DNA of 64,000 bases. Source: Anaerohalosphaeraceae bacterium (GTDB taxonomy: Bacteria; Planctomycetota; Phycisphaerae; Sedimentisphaerales; Anaerohalosphaeraceae). Shown here one piece after another: positions 56,981 to 64,000 of this stretch. A model generated the notes under the pieces. The model worked only from the letters and a program-made list of their open reading frames with translations, had not been told where the DNA came from and did not search any database. Made by a program: the position numbers and the translations under genes. The stretch lies in contig CAXXSL010000005.1 of NCBI GenBank assembly GCA_963675525.2, forward strand, positions 32,001 to 96,000, read 5' to 3'. Position 1 is the stretch's first letter. Every line of letters starts with the position of its first letter.

Positions 56981-59051
56981 ATGTCTATGCACAAAATACA
57001 GTTATCCCGAAAAAGGGCGGTTTCCGGAATCAGCCGCAAGTGCGTTCTATACAAATGGAATTAAGGATTCCGGAGACACGCTTCAGAAAGAGGCGAAGGC
57101 CTCTGCATTCAAATTCAGGTCGGCCGGAGAGCTATTTGAAATCTTGAATCAGCCCGAAGCGATGGAACCCTGCTGGCGGTGGTGACGAGGCTCCCGGCAG
57201 TGTGGTTTTCAATGCTGATACAGCCGCTTGCCATCCTCGGCGAAGTCCGGACAGGACGCTTCTCAAAATTAGTGAGCTCAATATGCAAGCAAAAAACACC
57301 CCCCTGCCCCCCTTAAAAAAACGACCCTGAGGCCGACAATACAGAGGCCTGTAAAAACCGGAGACAGCAACTGATGAAGACACGAAAGAGGAACCGTTCC
57401 GACGGCGGGCAACAAACCACAGGAAATCCCGAGAATGTTATCCCCATTTTAATGCCGCAGGCCGGCCAGAGCATGGAAGAAGGCACGATTCTGGCCTGGA
57501 AAGTCAAAGAAGGCGATATGATCGCCGTCGGGCAGGTCGTCATGGAAATCGAAACCGACAAGGCTACCATGGAAGTGGAAGCGACGGACGCAGGCCGTGT
57601 AGGTCGGATTATTCATAATGAAGGTGATATTGTTGAAGTCAAGAAGCCGGTAGCGTTTATCGCAGATAACGATGCGGATATTGACGCCTATTTGGCGGGC
57701 GAAGGTACTGTGGCGCAGGTCTCCCAAAGTGCGCCTGCGTCGGTAGCAGCCCCGACCCCTGAAAGTGCACCTGCGCCGGCAGTAGCCCCGACACCTGAAA
57801 GTGCTCCAACGCCAACGGTATCACCGACGCCGACACCTGCTGAACCGGCTATTTCCGTGCCGGAAGGTGCGGTAACCCCAATCCTGATGCCGCAGGCCGG
57901 GCAGAGTATGGAAGAAGGCACGATCCTGTCCTGGAAGGTCAAAGAAGGCGACCGCATCGAAGTCGGACAGGTTATCATGGAGATCGAAACCGACAAAGCG
58001 ACCATGGAGGTCGAAGCGGTTGATGCCGGACGGATTGCGAAAATCGTATCACAGGAAGGTGACATCGTCGAAGTCAAAGTGCCTGTCGCCTACTTAGCGG
58101 AAGAAGATGTTGACATCAATGCGTATCTGGGTTCAACCGGAACAACAATAGAAGCCCCCAAGCCAACAGCAGGCGGGCCAACGGTCAGCGCACCTAAAGA
58201 AACTGCTCCAACCACTCAAAAAGCACCTGTCTCCGTGAGTGAGGACCGGACGTGTCAAAGCCTCTCCGGCGGCTCGCAAAGCAGCCCAACAGGCAGGTGT
58301 CGACCTGACCTCGGTCGGTGAAGGCAGCGGCCCCGGCGGACGCATCCTCTCGACGGATGTGGAAGGTGCCGGTGTCAGCACAGAAGGAACAAGGACTTAT
58401 ACTGTCAGCAAGATGCGGCGTGCGATCGCCAATAACCTGTTGTATTCCAAACAGAATGTCCCGCATTTTTACGCGAAAACGACGATTGATGCGGGATTGC
58501 TGTTCAGCACCTACAAGAAAACCAAAGAACAATTCAAGTGCAGCGTTAATGACTTTATCACCCGTGCCTGTTCTAAAGCGATGCGTCAGTATCCGGCATT
58601 CCGAAGCCAATATAAGGATGCTGAAGTTATCGAACATTCATCCGTCAATATCGGTATCGCCGTCGGCACCGACAACGGGTTGACAGTGCCTGTAATATTG
58701 GATGCGGACCGCATGAATCTGGAGCAGTTGGCGGTCAAAACCCGTCAAATCGTCGAATCGGCGCGTAACGGAAAATTGGAAGGCATGGGACAGGGATTGT
58801 TCACCATCACCAACCTGGGTATGTTCGGCGTGGAAGAATTTTCGGCGATCATTAATCCGCCGGAATCAGCTATTTTGGCCGTAGGCGCGATTCGGGAAGG
58901 CGTTGCTGTCAAAGACGGTCAGATGCATCCGACACGGTTGATGACTGTAACACTGAGCAGCGACCATCGGATCATTGACGGCATTCTATCAGCACAATTC
59001 CTGCAAACGTTAAAAGAGCTTCTCGAAAAACCTGAGCAGTTGATTTCATAA
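56981..59051 (+). pseudogene. Dihydrolipoamide acyltransferase E2 (two clear lipoyl domains plus a degenerate N-terminal one); frameshifted, likely artefactually
   Basis: AGGAGA-ATG at 56981; two MPQAGQSMEEG..ETDKATME domains; Ala/Pro linker; one extra base near 58246 before RVKASPAARK; catalytic TITNLG..DHRIIDG. Confidence 0.85.
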
Positions 59052-59070
59052 ATAGACAAGGATATTGATC

Positions 59071-60501
59071 ATGGCAGAACATTATCAGGTTGCAGTCATC
59101 GGTGCCGGGCCGGGCGGTTATATTGCCGCCCTGAAAGCGGCTCAATTGGGTGCCAAGACGGCGGTTGTCGAAAAACATCATCTCGGCGGAACCTGCCTCA
59201 ATTACGGCTGTATTCCTTCCAAGGCGCTGCTGGCTTCGGCAGAACTGATCCATCGAATTCATCAATCCGCTTCACTGGGCGTAAGGGTTAATGGTACGGT
59301 TGACTTTGACTGGCCGGGCATTCAAAAACGAAAAGATAAAGTCCTGATGAAACTGCGCGGCGGCATCAAAGGGCTCTTCGGGGCTCGCAATGTTACGCTC
59401 TATTCCGGCGGTGCCGTTCTTGATGGTGCCGGCAAAGTCAATCTAACCGATGCCAACGGCGGGATGGATTCTTTCAAGGCCGACAGCATTATCCTGGCAA
59501 CCGGTTCGATACCGGCTCGCATACCGGGATGGCCGACGGACCCGGAACTTGTTTGCACCTCGGACGAAGCGCTGCACTGGAAGGATCTGCCCAAGAAACT
59601 GCTGATCGTCGGCGGCGGGGTCATCGGCTGTGAGTTTGCCTGTATGATGCACGAATACGGCGTTGAAGTGACCATCGTTGAATTGATGGATTCGCTGCTG
59701 CCGGAAATGGAACCGTCGTTGGGTACGACGTTGCAGGATGTTTTCGTTAAGCGAGGGATGAAAATATATACCGGCGTTAAGGTGGAAAATCTTGAAGCCA
59801 AAGGCGGCGGTGTGGAAGCGGTCATTTCCGGCAACCAAACGCTGACGGTTGATAAGGTTCTGGTTGCCACGGGTCGACGGCCCAACACACAGAACATCGG
59901 ACTGGAAAGTATTGGACTGGAAACCGATCGCGGCTTTATCCGCGTCAATGATAAAATGGAAACAGCGGTCAAGGGGTATTACTGTATCGGTGATGCCAAC
60001 GGCCGGTGTCTGTTGGCACATGCCGCTAGTGCGCAGGGCGAAGTGGCGGTTGAGAATGCACTTGGTCACAGCAAAGAACAGACCCTCCCCATACCGAATG
60101 CGGTTTATACCTTTCCGGAAATTGCTTCGGTAGGCATCTCCACCAAACAGGCCCAAAAACAGGGAATTCCGATTCGAGTCGGCGAATTCCCAATCGGTTA
60201 TCTGGGCAAGGCGATGGCTGTCGGGGAAGAATTCGGTTTTGTTCGGGTGATACGGCACTATGAAGATGAGACATTGCTCGGCGTTCACATCATCGGGCAT
60301 AATGCGACCGAAATTATTGAAAGCGCTACGGCAATGCTGTCTCAAAAGGCCAGCGCCAAAGACCTGGCGGAAATGATCTTCGCTCATCCGACCCTTTCGG
60401 AGGCGGTCAAGGAAGCGGCCGAAGATTCATTCCAGAGTGCTTTGCACCTGCCGCCGCGAAAAATCACTCGTGTTATCGCCGAAGCGGAAGAAATCAATTA
60501 A
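59071..60501 (+). CDS. lpdA: Dihydrolipoamide dehydrogenase E3
   Basis: GAGPGGY; GGTCLNYGCIPSK; GGGVIGCE; AHPTLSE. Confidence 0.95.
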   Translation: MAEHYQVAVIGAGPGGYIAALKAAQLGAKTAVVEKHHLGGTCLNYGCIPSKALLASAELIHRIHQSASLGVRVNGTVDFDWPGIQKRKDKVLMKLRGGIKGLFGARNVTLYSGGAVLDGAGKVNLTDANGGMDSFKADSIILATGSIPARIPGWPTDPELVCTSDEALHWKDLPKKLLIVGGGVIGCEFACMMHEYGVEVTIVELMDSLLPEMEPSLGTTLQDVFVKRGMKIYTGVKVENLEAKGGGVEAVISGNQTLTVDKVLVATGRRPNTQNIGLESIGLETDRGFIRVNDKMETAVKGYYCIGDANGRCLLAHAASAQGEVAVENALGHSKEQTLPIPNAVYTFPEIASVGISTKQAQKQGIPIRVGEFPIGYLGKAMAVGEEFGFVRVIRHYEDETLLGVHIIGHNATEIIESATAMLSQKASAKDLAEMIFAHPTLSEAVKEAAEDSFQSALHLPPRKITRVIAEAEEIN

Positions 60502-60516
60502 AGGGTACCATTATTC

Positions 60517-61788
60517 ATGCAGAACGCCGGATCACAAACAACAGATTTTCTTTTGGAACTTGGTACCGTTAATGAAATCAGAGACCGGGCCCAGAAAGGC
60601 GGCGGGTTCTCCGGGCCGGTTCCTTTTAATACGCATATCCATTTGCCGCCGAATTTCTCGGCCTTTGAAACCGTTCAGCAGGCCGTTGATCTGGCCGCCC
60701 AACAGGGCGTTGGGGTGCTGGGAGTGGGCAACTATTACGATTTCACGGTTTACCGGGAATTCGTCAAAGCCGTTCGGGAGAAGGGAATCTTTCCGCTTTT
60801 TGGCACGGAGATCATTGCTCTTGAAATGGAATTGCAACGGCAGGGTATTCGCATCAATGACCCCGGTAATCCGGGCAAATATTATATCTGTGGTAAGGGC
60901 ATTAGCCGCTTCGATCAGTTCACGCCCAGGGCCGATGAACTGCTCAAGCAGATTCGCCAAAGCGATGCGCTGCGGATGCAGGAAATGACCGACAAAATGG
61001 CGGCGGTGTTCAGCGAGCACGGTATCGATACCGGTCTGGACGAAGCGGCAGTTATCGCTCACATTGTGAAACGCCACGGTTGCGGTCCCGAGATGGTCAC
61101 CCTTCAGGAGCGACATCTGGCACAGGTCTTTCAGGAAGTCTTTTTTGAAAAAGTCCCGGTAGATCAACGCATTCATAAGTTGACGGAACTGTTTGGCACG
61201 GCACCCCAAACCGACGCCGGCAATGCGGTTGGTATTCAAAATGAAATTCGTTCGCACCTGATGAAGGCAGGAAAAGCCTGTTTCGTGCCGGAAACATTTG
61301 TCAATCTCGCGCAGGCGAAAGAACTGATCGCCGAATTGGGCGGCATTGCCTGTTATCCGGTTCTGGCGGATGGTTCCAAGCAGCGGTGCGAGTACGAAAC
61401 ACCCGTAGAGAGCCTCATCGAAACACTCAAGGCCGAGCAGTACGCAATGGTCGAGTTGATCCCTGTTCGTAACCAACCGGATGTGCTGACCGAGTATGTC
61501 ACGGCAATTCGCAAAGCGGGTATCGTGGTAGTCGCCGGCACTGAGCATAACACGCTCGATCTGCTGCCGATTGCCCCGACCTGTGCAGGGAGTCAGGCAA
61601 TACCGCAGGAAGTAAATGACATCTTCTGGGAAGGTGTTTGTGTTCTGGCAGCGCATGCATTCCTCAAAGCGCATCGGCAGACAGGTTTTGCGGAAGCGGC
61701 CGGCGATGCGGAAGCAAAAATCGCCGAGTTCAGCCGCATTGGCGCCGTCGTGCTTGAAAGATATTTCAGGAAGCAGAAATCAAGTTAA
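60517..61788 (+). CDS. PHP-domain metallo-hydrolase (phosphatase-like), function unknown
   Basis: NTHIH; FGTEII; C-terminal AGTEHNT metal-binding pattern. Confidence 0.7.
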   Translation: MQNAGSQTTDFLLELGTVNEIRDRAQKGGGFSGPVPFNTHIHLPPNFSAFETVQQAVDLAAQQGVGVLGVGNYYDFTVYREFVKAVREKGIFPLFGTEIIALEMELQRQGIRINDPGNPGKYYICGKGISRFDQFTPRADELLKQIRQSDALRMQEMTDKMAAVFSEHGIDTGLDEAAVIAHIVKRHGCGPEMVTLQERHLAQVFQEVFFEKVPVDQRIHKLTELFGTAPQTDAGNAVGIQNEIRSHLMKAGKACFVPETFVNLAQAKELIAELGGIACYPVLADGSKQRCEYETPVESLIETLKAEQYAMVELIPVRNQPDVLTEYVTAIRKAGIVVVAGTEHNTLDLLPIAPTCAGSQAIPQEVNDIFWEGVCVLAAHAFLKAHRQTGFAEAAGDAEAKIAEFSRIGAVVLERYFRKQKSS

Positions 61789-61801
61789 GGATGATATATT
61801 A

Positions 61802-62890
61802 ATGAGTGATTGTGTGCCGAATAAAGTAAATAAGATCGCCCCGGTTTTACGGATGCTGCTTCGGCAGAATAATCAGTGTCCGATTGTACGTTTCAGTGAG
61901 CACGTTGAGGTGCCCGGTTTAAAGATGACGTTGCCGGAAACAATGGATGAAGCAGAACTGATAGAGTCCCTGTCTCATTTGCTGCAAAATCAGGCTGAAG
62001 GTGTTCAGGCGGTTTGCGCGGAAGGCGTGGGAACCTTTGAGATTCTGCGTGCCGAAGACCGCCCCGGCCGAGTCACCGGCAAGGTTGCGATTGTGACCGG
62101 CGCTGCTCAGGGATTTGGTCTGGAAATCGCACAGAATCTTGCTTCGCAGGGTGCGTACGTGGTGCTGGCGGATATCAATATTGACGAGGCCCAAAAGCAA
62201 GCCAAACTGCTGCAGGATGAATATGATTCAGATCGGGCGATGGCCGTTGCTGTCAATGTGACAGATTTAACTTCGATTGAAGCGGCGATTTGCCAGGTGG
62301 TCAGGCACTACGGCGGCTTCGATGTGTTTATCTCCAATGCCGGTGTGTTAAAAGCCGAAAGCGTTAAGACGCAATCCGAAAAAGATTTTGATTTCGTGAC
62401 GGCGGTCAACTACAAGGGATATTTTCTATGTACGCAGGTCGTGTCGAAAATCCTGGCACTTCAGCACAAAGCCGATTCTGCGTATATGAGCGACATTATT
62501 CAGATAAATTCCAAATCCGGGTTGGTGGGTTCCAATCGGAACGGCGCCTATGCCGGAGGGAAATTCGGCGGCATCGGCCTGACTCAGTCGTTCGCCCTTG
62601 AACTGATCGAAGACGGCATCAAGGTCAACTCCATTTGCCCGGGAAACTTTTTTGATGGCCCGCTCTGGTCGAATCCCGACAACGGGCTGTTTGTACAATA
62701 CCTGCGAACCGGCAAGATCCCCGGCGCCAAAACCATTGCCGAGGTCAAAAAGGCCTATGAGGCCAAGGTCCCGATGGGCCGCGGCTGCACGACCCCCGAT
62801 GTCATGGCGGCGGTGTATTATTTGATCGAACAAAAATATGAAACCGGCCAGGCCGTTCCCGTAACGGGCGGGCAGGTCATGCTTCACTAA
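61802..62890 (+). CDS. SDR oxidoreductase, sorbitol-6-phosphate 2-dehydrogenase-like, with an N-terminal extension
   Basis: TGAAQGFG; SNAGV; IQINSKSG..N..YAGGKFGGIGLTQSFALEL; GQAVPVTGGQVM. Confidence 0.85.
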   Translation: MSDCVPNKVNKIAPVLRMLLRQNNQCPIVRFSEHVEVPGLKMTLPETMDEAELIESLSHLLQNQAEGVQAVCAEGVGTFEILRAEDRPGRVTGKVAIVTGAAQGFGLEIAQNLASQGAYVVLADINIDEAQKQAKLLQDEYDSDRAMAVAVNVTDLTSIEAAICQVVRHYGGFDVFISNAGVLKAESVKTQSEKDFDFVTAVNYKGYFLCTQVVSKILALQHKADSAYMSDIIQINSKSGLVGSNRNGAYAGGKFGGIGLTQSFALELIEDGIKVNSICPGNFFDGPLWSNPDNGLFVQYLRTGKIPGAKTIAEVKKAYEAKVPMGRGCTTPDVMAAVYYLIEQKYETGQAVPVTGGQVMLH

Positions 62891-62903
62891 TAAGGATACA
62901 ATC

Positions 62904-64000
62904 ATGGAACAAACCATTCCCCAAACTCAGAATGCGATCCAGTTGGTCGGTTCCGATGCGTTAAAGCTCAATACCCAAAAAGAAGTTTATCGCCCCGGAC
63001 CCTATCAGATATTAATGAAGGTCGAAGCGGTTGGCTTGTGTTTCTCGGATTTGAAATTACTCAAGCAATTTGATAAACATGTACGAAAAAGCAGCGTGAT
63101 ATCGGGTGCCGATCCGGAAGTTTTGGCTCAAGTGCCCAGCTATAAACCGGGATTGGAGCCTACCGTCCCCGGTCACGAAGCTTTTGGTACGATTGTTGCC
63201 GTTGGAGACCAGGTCCGGCATCATCAGCCCGGCCAGCGTGTTTTGGTGCAAACGGATTACCGCTGGCTCAAGACGGCTGAGTCCAACTCTGCCTTCGGAT
63301 ATAATTTCGAGGGGGCTTTGCAGCAATATGCCCTGATGGATGAACGGGTGATCGTTGATCCGGATCGCAATGAAAGCTTTCTAATTCCCGTTGATAAAGA
63401 GTTGAGCGCCTCAGCGATTGCGCTGGTGGAACCGTGGGCGTGCGTGGAAAGCTCGTATATCACCGAAGAACGCAATACCATCCTGCCGGGTGGAAAGCTT
63501 TTGGTGGTTGTTGATTCCGGCAGGCATGTCGAGGGACTTGCTGAAAGTTTTTCTCCGGCAGGGGGCCCGGCTTCTATGACCGTATATTGCCCTGATGGAA
63601 GTCCGATTGAAAACCTTCAGGATTTAGGCCCCCAGGTTAGGAAGGTTGACGACCTGGATAGTCTGCCGAATGAAGCATTCGATGATATTGTTTATTTTGG
63701 TTCCGGCAAAACGACCATTGAACTACTGGGCGACAAGTTGGCCGCACAAGGGATCATTAATATTGTGCTGGATGGAAATAAGATCGGACAGGAGGTGTCT
63801 GTCGGGGTTGGTCGAACCCATTACGGCATGACCCGCTGGATCGGTACGACCAAAGCCGGTGCCGCTGAAAGCTATAAACATATTCCGGCGACCGGTGAAA
63901 TCCGCAAAGGCGACAAAGCGATCATCATTGGCGCTGCCGGGCCGATGGGACAGATGCACACCGTGCGGCTGGTTTGCTCGGGGGTGAAAGATATTTCTGT
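62904..64000 (+). CDS. Zn-dependent medium-chain dehydrogenase (sorbose-1-phosphate-reductase-like); runs off the right edge
   Basis: Not in the ORF track because there is no stop. ATG 62904 after AAGGA: MEQTIPQTQ..GLCFSDLK..PGHE..LVEPWACVE..IGAAGPMG. Confidence 0.85.
   Translation, partial: MEQTIPQTQNAIQLVGSDALKLNTQKEVYRPGPYQILMKVEAVGLCFSDLKLLKQFDKHVRKSSVISGADPEVLAQVPSYKPGLEPTVPGHEAFGTIVAVGDQVRHHQPGQRVLVQTDYRWLKTAESNSAFGYNFEGALQQYALMDERVIVDPDRNESFLIPVDKELSASAIALVEPWACVESSYITEERNTILPGGKLLVVVDSGRHVEGLAESFSPAGGPASMTVYCPDGSPIENLQDLGPQVRKVDDLDSLPNEAFDDIVYFGSGKTTIELLGDKLAAQGIINIVLDGNKIGQEVSVGVGRTHYGMTRWIGTTKAGAAESYKHIPATGEIRKGDKAIIIGAAGPMGQMHTVRLVCSGVKDIS

Noticed and set aside
57745..57810. 36-nt tandem duplication (APTPESAP twice)
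   Set aside because: Ordinary Ala/Pro-rich E2 linker.
53930..58250. Programmed frameshifting or an alternative genetic code
   Set aside because: Too many irregular shifts in both directions without slippery-site context; other genes read normally with the standard code.
59443..61674. 314-aa and 380-aa minus-strand ORFs
   Set aside because: Antisense shadows of lpdA and the PHP gene, with no recognisable motifs.

Overview
This is a bacterial window. Its gene style (planctomycete-type ECF sigma/FecR pair, DUF1559-type prepilin, PEP-CTERM protein, EF-hand/dockerin-like C-termini) suggests Planctomycetota, probably Phycisphaerae; this is inference only. It has four blocks. (1) 1-24.8 kb: a partial GH2 gene, then a divergent ~21 kb alpha-glucan locus with an ECF sigma, a FecR-type anti-sigma, a prepilin-like protein, two paralogous glycan-binding proteins with different C-terminal anchors, GH66, two GH13s, a GH119/GH57-like enzyme, a six-hairpin glycosidase lipoprotein and GH31. 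It has no SusC/SusD or other transporter, and five secreted proteins share a dockerin-like tail. (2) 25.0-31.5 kb: a TetR-regulated tripartite RND efflux operon. (3) 31.7-53.3 kb: an apparently complete siroheme-dependent (Ahb) heme pathway surrounding a six-gene NQR-like operon. Its A subunit keeps both RnfC-type [4Fe-4S] motifs, and it runs into resB/resC cytochrome c maturation genes. A repeat-rich 1 kb intergenic region lies at 39.0-40.0 kb. (4) 53.3-64 kb: a DeoR-associated 2-oxoacid-dehydrogenase-like complex (fused E1, E2, E3) with PHP, SDR and Zn-dehydrogenase genes; 53.9-58.3 kb is full of indels, probably poor consensus quality. No rRNA, tRNA, CRISPR array or transposase was recognised. 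All family assignments come from motif recognition by eye, not database searches.
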